Of a stretch of DNA of 64,000 nt, positions 48,591-60,757 are shown one piece after another. Under the pieces are notes generated by a model, which did not search any database, had not been told where the DNA came from, and saw only the letters and a list, made by a program, of their open reading frames with translations. The stretch comes from Lama glama (Eukaryota): the NCBI GenBank assembly GCA_028534125.1, contig CM052816.1, positions 36,086,001-36,150,000 of the forward strand, read 5' to 3'. The position numbers and the translations under genes are program-made. The stretch's first letter is position 1. Every line of letters begins with the position of its first letter.

Positions 48591-51500
48591 GGGGGGTAAG
48601 CCAAGATGGTGGAGTAGAGAGACTCACAGCTCGCCCTCTCCCATAAGTACACCAAGAATTACACCTACAAACCCACTGAATCACACAGAACAGGTACTAA
48701 ACTCTGGCAGAGTGTCTCTCGTTTCAAAATACAGGAGGATTCTCACAAAATCTGGTAAGAAAAAAAAAAAATCAGTGCAGGACCGGTCCTGCATGGAGGG
48801 AGTGGCATAAGAAGAAAGGCACCCTCATGATGGGACAGCCCCTCTTCAGCAGGGAGGTCAGTGGGGACAGAAGTGGAATTTCTGAGGCTCAGAGGAGGAA
48901 GTGGCAACCGCTTGGCAGGTAGAACTAAAGGAAACTGCCATGAAGGGTCCTTGCAGTCTCTGGCCCTAGCTGGCAGTGATGAACCAGGACTGGCTGCTGG
49001 AGATCCGTGATGAGCCGAAGTAGAGGGCTGGGGCCCACTGCACAGAGGCAGCCTCAGGGGACTGGAGGGTGGTATGAATTCTGGCTGGGAGTATGTGTAG
49101 AACAGAAGAGCTTGGGATCCCCATAAAAAGCACCACTGGTGGTGGGGAGTGGGGCATAACACAGCCAATTCCTCCTCTTGGCTCCACTGGTTGTGTGTTC
49201 TCATGAGAAGAGAGGTGGCGGTTGGTCATAGGCATCACTGCTCTGCAGAGGCAGAGCTGAAAGCTGAATGCATACCCAGCAGCCCTGCAGCTTCACAGGC
49301 AGGATGAGATTTGCTTACAGCCCCAAGCAGAGAGGGTGGATTTCTTCTCTCTGGACCCTTTGTGGACCTGCGCCTCTGGGATGAACAGGCAGTGAGCAGA
49401 GTTCTGACTCACTGCAGGGGACGACTATGGGTATTTACAACAGGCCGGGCATACTGGACCATGTACGGAGGCAGGGCTGGGGACTGCGTGGACCCTGTGG
49501 TGCACTACAGATTCAAGTGTGTGACTGCATGCTTGCGATGGTGGTGGGTCCTACACCTGACACTGGCAGATCTGCACCGGTGATTCCTGGGGCTCAGGAC
49601 CTGGGGGACACCAGAGCAGGTGGCCAACATTCCTACAGCTAAGAGAGGGACAAAGGTAGCATCAACAAAGAGTACTTTGTAAGCCCAGAAAACAAGTGAC
49701 AGACATCACCACAGAGGGCACTTCCCAGTGGACATCTCCTGTCTACTCTTCTTCCCAGCTTGAAGCACTCCAACCCTGCCTACTGCACATGACAGCTCAG
49801 AAAAAGGTCTAGAAGTCTCTATTCCAGCAACCTGTCAAATCTGTGACAACCACAGAACAAAAAAAGGAGGCCCTGCTCTGATCACACCACCAGCCACACC
49901 CCTAATCAAAGGTATAACAGCCAATACACACAGCAGAAAGATGTGGTAACCATTCATACTAAGAACAACCCTCATAACAAAACTATTAGATGCACACAGT
50001 CTACACAGGAACACTCCCACTTCAATTAAAAACAAACAAACAAAAAAACCAGCCCTTAAAGAGCACAGTAGATAACTGATACTCCTAAATCCACAGAGCC
50101 AGAGAAATATAAGTAAAATGAAGAAGCAAAGGACTACTCCCAATTAAAACAACAAGAGAAATCCCCTAAAAGATCGATGAAACAGACCTTATAATCTACT
50201 AGATCATGACTTCAAATAGGGAATGATCGATGATGCATTGAAGGAACTAAAAGAGACAATGAACAGAGACAGAGAATATTTTAAAAAGGAAATTAAAACT
50301 AGAAGAGCCAATTAAAAATGGAAAACTCAATTGCTGAGATAAGAGCCAAGGTAAAGGCAGTCTAAAGCAGACTAGATAATACAGAGGAACAAAAAAGTCA
50401 CTTAGAAGACAGGATAACAGAAGTCACCCTATCAGAGCAGCAGACAGAAAATCAAGTAAAAAGCAATGAAACCAATATAAGGGACCTATGAGATAATATA
50501 AAGCGTGCCAATCTATGCATAATAGGGACCCCAGAAGGAAAAGAAAGAAGGGGGGATTTAAAAGGTATTTGATGAAGTCATGACTGAAAACTTTCCAAAC
50601 GTAAAGAAGGAAACAGATATTTGAGTACAGGAGGCACAGAGGGTCCCAAATGAGAAGAAACCAAACAGACCTACATCACAACATATTATAATTAAGATGG
50701 CCTAAGTTAAAGATAAAGGATTCTAAAGGCAGAAAGAGAAAAACAAAGAGTTAGGTACAAAGGAACCCCCATATGGCTTTCAGCTGATTTCTCTACCCAA
50801 ACACTGCTTGCCAGAAAGGAATGGCAAGATATATTCAAAGAGAAAAAGCTGCAGCTTAGGATACTCTATCTGTCAAGACTATCCTTTAGAGTAGGAGAGA
50901 AAAATAATTTCACAGACAAGTAAAAACTGAAAGCAATATTAAACCTATACTAAAATAAATACTGAAAGGTCTACTCTAAATAGAAAAGAAACAGGAAACT
51001 ACAGAAATGAGAACACCATAATTGAAAATGAGATAACTACAGTGAATTGTAAGAGAATAAACATGAAGATGTACATAAATAAATAAATAAAAGAATAACA
51101 AAATCTTACAAGGTGGGAGAGAGGAGCAAGAAAATACAGATTTCTTTTCTCTCTTCTTTATTTTTTTTCCCTTTTATTTTTTGTTCTTTCAGGATATGTC
51201 TGAGTCTACATGACTATCAGTTTAAAGCAAACAAAAATAGTAAGGGATTAACATACTTGAAGAACAGGGTATCACAAATCAGAATACAATACAAAATACA
51301 ACAGAGTCACAAAAACTGAAAAGAAACCAAGACTTTAAAACAAAGGCCATAAAGAGAGAAAAAGAAGGACACTATATAATGATCAAAGGAGCAATACAAG
51401 ATGAAGATATTATACTCATTAACATATATGCATCCAATACAGGAGCACCTAAATATATAAAACAAATACTAACAGACATTAAGGAAGAAACTGATGGGAA

Positions 51501-54500
51501 TACAATAATAGTAGGAGACTTTAACACCCACTAATATCACTGGACAGGTCTTCCAGATAGAAAATCAATAAGGCAATGGAGATACTAAATGATACAGAAC
51601 AGTTGGACTTGTTTGATATTTTTAGGACATTATATACCCAAAAAACAGAATATACATTCTTTTCAAGTGCTCACGGAACATTCTCTAGGATAGATCATAT
51701 TTGGGCACAAAATGAGCCTCAACAAATTTAAGAGGACAGAAATTATTCCAAGCATCTTTTCTGATCACAGTGGCATGAAACTAGAAATCAACTACAGGAA
51801 GAAAAACAAGGGGAAAAAACAAACAAAAAAACGACTGCATGAAGACTAAACAACATGCTACGAAAGAACCAAAGGATCAGTGATGAAATCAAAGAAGAAA
51901 TTCAAAAATACCTTGAGACAAAACACAATGAAAACACAATCATACAAAATTTATAGGATGCAGCAAAAGCTGTCCTAAAGGGAATTTCATAGCAATACAG
52001 GCCTTCCTTAAAAAAGAAGAACAATCTCAAATAAACAACCTAAACTACCACCTAAAAGTATTAGAAAAAGAAGAATAAACAAAACCTAAAGTCAGCAGAA
52101 GGAAAGAAATAATAAAGATCAGGAAAGAAATAAAATAGATTTAAAAAACCCAGAAAAAATCAGTCAAACCAAGAGCTGGTTTTTTGAAAGAGTAGACAAA
52201 ATTGACAAACCTCTGGCCAGGCTCACCAAGAAGAAAAGAAAGAGCACACAAATAAGCAAAATAAAAAATGAAAATGGAGAGATTACAACCAACACCACAG
52301 AGATACAAAAAATCGTAAGAGAATGCTATGAGCAACTATATGGCAATAAATTGGAAAATACAGAAGAAATGGACAAGTTCCTAGAACACACGGTCTACAC
52401 AAAACTGAATCAAGAAGAAAAAGATCATCTGAACAGACCAATCACTAGAAGTTAAATATAATCAGCAATTAAAAAAACCTCCCAGCAAACAAAAGTCCAG
52501 GACCAGATGGCTTCACTGGGGAATTCTATCAAATATACAAAGAAGAGCTCATGCCAATCCTTCTCAAACTCTTCTGAAAGATTGAAGAGGAGGGAATACC
52601 TCCAAATTCATTCTGTGAAGCCACCACCATCCTGATACCAAAGCCAGACAAAGACACTACCAAAAAAGAAAGCTACAGACCAATATTGTTGATGAACATT
52701 GATGCAAAAATCCTCAGCAAAATATTAGCAAATAGAATTCAACAACACATAAAAAATATAATACACCATGATCAAGCTGGATTCATCCCAGGGACACAGG
52801 AAGGTTCAACATATGCAAATCAATCAACATGATACACCATATCAACAAGAGAGGACAAAAATCATATGATCATCTCAACAGATGCAGAAAAAGCATTTGA
52901 TAAAATTCAACACCCATTTATGATAAAAACACTTACCAGAGTGGCTATAGAGCGAAACTATCTCAACATAATAAAAGCTATTTATGACATACCTACAGCC
53001 AGTATAATATTCAATGGTGAAAAGCTGAAAACCTTCCCCATAAAATCTGGTACAAGACAAGGATGCCTACTCTCACCACTTCTATTCAATATAGTATTGG
53101 GAGTCCTAGCCATAGCAATTAGACAAGAAAAAGAAATAAAATGGATCCAAATTGGAAGAGAAGAGGTAAAATTGTCATTATATGCAGATGACCACACACA
53201 GAAAACCCTAAAGGCTCCACACAAAAACTACTAGAGCTAACAAAAGAATTTGGTAAGGTAGCAAGATACAAAATTACAATATAGAAGTGTCAGTGGCATT
53301 TCTTTGCACTAACAATGAACTATCAGGAAAGGAAAGAAACAATCCTTTTTAAAATTGCATCCAAAAAAAATAAAATACTTAGGAATAAATCTGACCAAGG
53401 AAGTGAAAAGATTTATATGCAGAGAACTACAAAACATTGACTAAGGAAATTAAAGATGACAAAAGAAATGGAAAGTTATCCCATGTTCTTGGGTTGGAAG
53501 AATTAATATTGTTTAAATGGCCATACTACTCAAAGCAATCTACAGATTTAATGTGATCCCTATCAAATGATCTAGGACATTTTCACAGAATTAGAACAAA
53601 TAATCCTAAAATTTATATGGAATCACAAAAGACCCAGAACTGCCAAAGCACTACTGAAGAAAAAGAATAAAGCTGGAGGAATAACACTCCCAGACTTCAG
53701 AAAATACTACAGGGCTACAATAATCAAAACAGCATGGTATTGGTACAAAACCAGACATATGGATCAATGGAACAGAACAGAAAGTCCAGAAATAAATCCA
53801 CAAACTTTTGGTCAATTAATCTTTGACAAAGGTGGCAAGAACATACAATGGAGTAAAGACAGTCTCATCAGCAAATGGTGTTGGGAAAACTGGACAGCAG
53901 CATGTAAATCAATGAAGTTAGAATACTCCCTCACACCACACACAAAAATAAACTCAAATAGCCTAAAGACTTAAATGTAAGACAAGACACTATAAACTTC
54001 TTAGAAGAAAACAGGCAAAACATTAATCGACATACATAAATCTCAGCAATGTTCTTCTAGGGCAGTCTACCCAAGCAACAGAAATAAAAGCAAAAATAAA
54101 CAAATGGGAACCTAGTAAAACTTACAAGCTTCTGCACAGCAAAGGAAACCATAAGTAAAACAAAAAGACAACCTACGGAATGGGAGAAAATTTTTGCAAA
54201 TGAAACCGACAGAGGCTTGAGCTCCAGAATATATAAGCAGCTCATACGACTTAATAAGAAACAACCAAACAACCCAATCCAAAAATGGGCAAAAGACCTA
54301 AACAAGCAGTTCTCCAAGGAAGACATACAAATGATCAACAGGCACATGAAAAAATGCTCAATATCACTAATTATCAGAGAAATGCAAATCAAAACTACAA
54401 TGAGGTATCACCTCATACCAGTCAAGAGTGGCCATGGCCATCATTCAAAAATCCACAAATGACAAATGCTGGAGAGGCTGTGGAGAAAAGGGCACCCTCC

Positions 54501-55216
54501 TACACTGTTGGTGGGAATATAGTTTGGTGCAGCCATTATGGAAAACAGTATGGAGATTCCTCAAAAGACTAAAAATAGAGTTACTGTATGATCCAGCAAT
54601 CCCAGTCCTGGGCATATATCCAGAGGGAACTTTAATTCAAAAAGATACATGCACCCCAGTGTTCACAGCAGCACTATTACAGTAGCCAAGACATGGAAAC
54701 GACCTAAATGTCCATTGACAGATGAATGGATAAAGAAGGTGTGGTATATTTATACAGTGGAATACTACTCAGACATGAAAAATAATACAATAATGTCATT
54801 TCCAGCAACATGGATGGACTTGGAGATTGTCATTCTCAGTGAAGCAAGAAAGAAAAAGAAAAATGCCATGGTATCACTTTATGTAGAATCTAAAAAGAAA
54901 AAAAAACCTAATTACAGAACAGAAACAGACTCACAGATATAGAAAACAAACATGGTTACTAGGGGTGGAAGGGGGTGGGAATGGATAAATTGGAAGTTCA
55001 AGATCTGCAGATACTAGCTATATATACATAAAAGATAAACAAGTTTATACTGTATAGCACAGTGAACTATATTCAATATCTTGTAACTTACAGTGAAATA
55101 GAATATGAAAACAGGTATATGTGTATGTTCCTACATGACTGAAGTACTGTGCTGTACACCAGAAATTGATACAACATTGTAAACTAACTTTATTTCAATA
55201 AAAATAATAAAAAAAA
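48591..55216 (+). mobile_element. Near-full-length younger LINE-1 (~6.6 kb) with disabled ORF1 and ORF2, nested in the older L1
   Basis: 5' gggggg..ccaagatggtgg (YY1-type motif), ~1.5-kb GC-richer 5' UTR, ORF1 ATG at 50118, EN motifs (gtaggagactttaacac; tctgatcac), RT YADD at 53181-53192, Cys-rich [17 protein letters not shown], then AATAAA and an A-tail. Many stops and frameshifts. Confidence 0.96.
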
Positions 55217-57128
55217 GTTTATGGAATCACAAATGATCCTAAATATCCAAAGCAGTTTAAGAACAAAGCTAGATGCTTCAAGCTTCCTGTTTTCAAACTA
55301 TATTGAAAGCAACAGTAATCAAAACATATGGTAATAGCATAAAAACAGAAATATAGATCAATGGAAGAAGACAGAAAGTCCAGAAATAAGCCTGTGCATG
55401 TATGATCAATTAACTTATGACAAAGAAGCCAAGAATATAAAATGGGGAAAAGACAGACGTCATTACATGGGAAAACTGGATGGCCACATGCAAAAGAATG
55501 AAATTGTTCTACTAGCTTACACTGTACACCAGAATAAACTCAAAGTGGATTAAAGATTTGATTTAAAAGCAAAAAACTATAAAAACAGTAAAATATAAAA
55601 ACAAATTAATGATTTATACACCCCGGGGAAAATAATTTTCAGCAAAATACAAAAATTTAAAGCATTCCTTTTTTTAATTTTGTAATTTTTTTTTTTACTG
55701 CAGAATAGCTCAGAATGTCACTTCTGTTTTAAATAACAGAAGTGATAGCTGAGTAAGGAAATGTAATTTGGATTATAAAATTCTTGCTTTATTAAAAAAT
55801 CCTTATACAGTTGGGAAAAAAAAAAAAAAAGACTTGAAGCCGTAACACTTTTGAAGAAAACATAGGGTTTAAAGTTCCTTGACACTGGTCTTGGCAATGA
55901 TTTTTCTGGATTTGATACCAGAAGCAAAGGCAACAAAAGCAAAAGTAAATAAATGGGACTGTATCATACTAAAAAGCTTCTTTGCAGCAAAGGAAACTAT
56001 CAACAAAATGGAAAGGCAACCTATGAAACAGGAAAAATATTTGCACATCTGGTAGGGGTTAATAACTAAAATACATAAAAACTCATATAACTCAAAACCA
56101 AATATAACTCAAAACCATATAGCTAAAAACCAAACATTTCCAACAAAAAAGTGGGCGGAAGAGCTGACTAGACATTCTTCCAAAGCAGTCACACAGATGG
56201 CCAATAGGTAAATGAAAGACTGCTCAACATTACATATCATCAGGGAAATGCAAATCAAAACCACCATGAGATAGCAGTATTACAGTTATAAGGTGTTATC
56301 AGAAAGACAGGAAATAACAAATGTTGACAAGGATACGGAGAAAAGGGAACCCTTGTGCAGTGCTGGTGGAAATGTAAACTGGTGCAGCCACTATAGAAAA
56401 CAGCATGGATATTCCTCAGAAAATTAAAGCTAGAACTACCATGTAATCCAGTAATTCTTGTTCTGGGTATTTATCCAAAGAAAACAAAAACACTAACCCA
56501 AAAAGATATATACACCCCATATTCACTGACACATTATTTACAATAGCCAAGACATGGAAGCAACCTAAATGTCCACTGATGGATGAATAAATAAAGAAAA
56601 TATGGTAGACACACAAACACACAGTGGAATATTATTCAGCCATGAAAAAGAAAGAAATATTGCCATTTTTAATAACATGGATGGACCTTGAGGGCATCAT
56701 GCTAAGTGAAATAAAGCAAACAGAGAAAGATATATACCATATGATTTCACTTATTATATGGAATCTAAAAAAGACACATCACTATCTAATTAATAGATAC
56801 AGGCAATAGATTGTTGGCTGCTAGAAGTGGAGTGCAGGTGGGGTGAGCAAAATGTATGAAGGTAGTCAAAAGATACAAACTTTCATGGTGACTATAGTTA
56901 ATCATACTGTTTTGTGTATTTGAAACTTGCTAAGAGAATAGATCTTAAAAGTTCCTATCACAAGAAGAAAAATTTTTCTGTTGCATGGATGGATGGTTTG
57001 GATATTAATTTGACTTATTGTGGTGATTATATATCACCACAAATATATATATACAATATATACAAGTATTGAATTGTAATGTTGTACACATAAAACTAAT
57101 ACGTGTCAATTATAGCTCAATTTAAAAA
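55217..57128 (+). mobile_element. Old LINE-1 (L1MA9-like), 3' part: rest of ORF2 and 3' UTR
   Basis: Resumes ORF2 at gtttatggaatcacaa, where 48590 left off. The 3' UTR ggtgactatagttaat..ttgctaagagaatagatcttaaaagttc..tgtcaattatagctcaa is typical of L1MA9. Confidence 0.88.
55558..55830 (+). pseudogene. PABPC1: 5'-truncated processed retrocopy of PABPC1 mRNA (terminal ~255 nt of the 3' UTR plus A15)
   Basis: Non-L1 segment interrupting L1 ORF2, with ATTAAA at 55791-55796 and A15 at 55816-55830. It matches my recollection of the PABPC1 3' end (agtaaaatataaaaacaaattaatg; aaatttaaagcattcc; gtaatttggattataaaattcttgcttta). Confidence 0.85.
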
Positions 57129-57384
57129 CTGATGTTCATTATAGTTATGGTGTTAACTATATTTTATTATATTATTCCAAATTTGATCACTCATGCTGAT
57201 GATTTATGTACAATAGGTAGAACAAATTTCAGTCTGTGCACATGTTCAATTGAACATCATATTCCACCAGGCAATCATAAAGGAACAACAACACCTAATT
57301 TTGTTTAAAAGTCTCCAAACTTGTCTCATATTCTCTCTTTGTCTCCTTAGCCCCTAATTAATTTTCGAGCCACTACTAGGTACC

Positions 57385-57550
57385 AAGTCTGTTCCTCATG
57401 TTATTGTCATCGTCCTCATAACAACACTTTAGAGGTAAAGAATCTGAGTCCAAGAAAATGTGGGTCTTTTGCCCAAAGACTGCTTCCTAAGGAGCAGAAC
57501 ACGGACTTGAGGTCAGCTGTGTGTGAACACAAGTCAGGCGTCCACCAACA
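57385..57550 (-). mobile_element. Degenerate MIR fragment
   Basis: tcctcataacaacactttagaggta..aatctgagtccaagaaa..ttgcccaaag..ggagcagaacacggacttgaggtcagctgtgtgtga. Confidence 0.55.
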
Positions 57551-58419
57551 GGCCCTGATGACTCAAACTGGGTTGAGCAGAAGACATCTACTGACCCCTG
57601 CCAAGGTCTTAACTGAACAAGGCAGGGAGACTATGGTATTATCTAATCAATCTAAGAGTTTAAGGGCTGTTATGACACACTCAGTGAATTCAAATATGTC
57701 CTCCCCTTGCTCCTTCAGGTAGTATTAACCATATGCTTTCTCACAGCCTTGACTCTGGCTTTCTCCAGTTTTACCATTTGGCTCCTCATTAAACTTATTC
57801 TATTACGGTAAACAAGGAGAGACAAAAGAGAGAAACTAAAAAGGTGTCACCTTAGTTGTTTATCCCTCCATGATATATAATTCATACCAACACACTAAGA
57901 TACTAACACACTTTTCTTGACAACTTCCTTTAAACATCAAGAATTCCTTCCGTCTTTTTTCACTGTAATTTTCTTCTGTGTGTGGGTTTGTCTACAGGCA
58001 GAGACTCTGAGATTTAGAAAAGTACTTGGTTTCTTCATTTACTTACATATGTGTGAAATTCAACTGACGATTTAAGTTGGGTTTCTTTTTTAAACTCTGA
58101 AAATCGGTATTTAATTTGGGCATTTCACCATCTTCCTTTGTTTGTTGTTATGCACGATAATCTAGTGTTCTCTTACTGTGAAAAATTAAGGGCTGCCTAG
58201 TCATGAAAGAAGAATGAGCAATAAATATGCTCAATCCGCTATTCTCAATATAGCTGAGAATAAAAACTGAACTACAGTCTTGATTATGGGACCACATTTC
58301 ATTCCTTATATTAACTATAATTTAGGTCCTTTAAAAAAGTGAGAATGAACTAACAAAGAGGATTAGGCTTGGACATAATTGAAGCAGGTAGGTAACTTTC
58401 AGGGAGCCTGTATTTTAAG

Positions 58420-58882
58420 AGGTACAACAGAATCTCCTAGTCACCTATCCAGTAATTGTTTTTTTTTTCTTAATATCAACCTTAATATCAACCCTCCTGA
58501 ATGTATTTAGGACAGAGATATTCCCAAGAAAAAATTGTGGTTAATGAGATGCAAGTCAAAGTTGTTTGGAGAACTTCTGAGGAAATACTACAAAAGGGGG
58601 ACAGTTAGCCCAACACACCCTCACCTATCCTCTTTCCTGCCTGGATATAGACATAAAAACAGCACCCATCTTAGACCACAAGGTGAACTTGAGGATGAAA
58701 GATATGCTTTCAAAATAAAGAGGCAGAAAATTGGAAGGGATTGCATCCCTGATGACCGTAGAGCACCCAAACTCCTGAAATGCCTATCACTGGACTTCCT
58801 TTATGTGAGAGAAACCCATTTATTTGTCACTGTTATTTCTAGTCTCTGTTACTAGCAATCAAACATAATTTCTAATTGATAC
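58420..58882 (+). mobile_element. Old MaLR LTR (MLT1G/H/I-like); boundaries approximate
   Basis: ttgtggttaatgagatgcaagtcaaagt, ccatcttagaccacaaggtgaacttgaggatgaaag, and a 3' end tctctgttactagcaatcaaacataatttctaattgatac. Confidence 0.7.
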
Positions 58883-60757
58883 TGGAGTAAAATACTACTG
58901 CCTAAATTTAGAAGGCAATCTGTCTTGTTAGTTTTAACGTTTGATCTCTGTTTAAATGCCAAGTCCCCTGGAAGAGGCATCCTTGCTGAGTTTAAGGTCA
59001 TTTCTGTACAGCAGGTTTCACAAAGAAGAGCGAAAGTACAGAAAGCAGGCTTTAGAGTGAACAAAAAAGGTCCCTATAGTTGTCATAGAGGGCATACCAA
59101 ATAAACAACTAGGAAAATAATAAATTGGCTCATGTTAATGTAAATGGAAGAAAATCAAGAGACTTTGTATTCAGATTTTTGGAAGATGCTAAAACAAAGG
59201 GAAAAAAAGTGAATCACTTCAGCAGGACAACTTGTGCTAAGTCAAAAGAATAACACTGCAATCCTATTCATCTGACATGTCTCTTCCTTGAATTTTATAG
59301 TCACATTTCCCCCCCAGGGACTAACTAGGCAAGAAGGATCCACCTGGGGGCACCTTCTTATTACCAGATATCCAGCCCCCTCCATGTCCCATCCATAAAA
59401 TTTACTATGTTATTCTCAGATTGATCAGCCCCTGCTGATTTTAAGAGTCAGGGATTTTTACAAAAATATTTTAATACCTTTCACTCTTCTTTCTCTTTGA
59501 AGTTCCAGCCATTATAATTCAGCTATTTCTTGGCTCATAAACTTGGCAAGGTTTTCTGGAAAAAAAAAAATTCATCTTGTTGGCAGAGAGGTTTCTCATA
59601 TGCTGACAGTTTAGCTTATGTGAAATCGCTGAGTAATAGGAAGGATAAAATAAGGATTCTAAAGGGAACAGGAAGCAGAATGCCCTTCACAAACGAATTC
59701 CAGACACACTGATTTTTGCTTATCTAAGAAGAGGAAGGGACTTTCCTTTGAAGCAGCATTCACTGACCTCCTGCTAAAAACTGTTTATTCAGTGTGATTT
59801 CTCCATTGGATGGAGAGTAGTCTTGTCTTCTTCCCCAGACCTTCCTTAAGTGCTGTTCCGAATGTAATCCTGTACTGTCACATCAGAGCAGCCTTGTCTA
59901 ACCCTTTCTGCTAAGCAACACAGCTGGAGGCCGAGGACCACTTAGGATGCCTCACACTCAAGTAGCCCTTCATCTCAAAACAAATCTCTTAAAAATCTCT
60001 CTTAAAAATATTCCTTGGACCAAGTCTTTGTAGACAGTTCTATCTGACATCTCATAAAAACTGAAAAGAGGAAGCTTGTACACCTCTGAAGAGAGCCCAT
60101 CTCCATCTCTGCATCTAAAAGCACATGGAAAATATTAATTAGCTAAGTTCTTGAGTATACAATGCAGGAGATACCTGCCCTTGTTTTCTCCATGTTGAAT
60201 CCCTTTTCCATGCTCCAAAAAAAAAAAAAAAATTGAAGAGAGTAAAAATGGTTGAAATTAAAAACACTTTCATACAACATTCTATTTTGCTTAACAGTGC
60301 CATAATTCTACTGTACTGTAAACAAGTGGATAGAGATATTGTAAAATTAGCTCCAATTTGCATAATAATGCTTTACTGTTATAATTTAGAGACTACATTT
60401 GCACAAATCTAATAACAATTCAGCTTACATCTTTTTGTTTTAATGTATTTTATACAAATAATGTCAAATTTACAATTAGGTTCCCGAAAGCAAGCCTGAT
60501 GAGGACATTGTGTTTTTTCAAGTTTAATATTCCACATGATAAGATAATTCTAGCCTTCTTAAATTAAAGGTCACCTCCTTTTCTGATTTTTTTTTTCTTG
60601 AGCAGGGCAAAAAAAAAAGTTTTTGAGACTCCTTATGATCTCGAACAAAAAAAAAAATACCCATTGATATCTAAAACAGCTCAAAATACTCAAATTATAT
60701 TTTCCCATTTTACTTTCAGGGAACTACAGAATTTACTCCTAAAATCTAATTTGAAAG

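Noticed and set aside
56085..56132. Short tandem duplications (tataactcaaaacca repeats here; taatatcaacc twice at ~58471-58493) as array-like repeats
   Set aside because: Only 2-3 adjacent units with no unique spacers, inside decayed TEs. These are slippage duplications, not CRISPR-like arrays.
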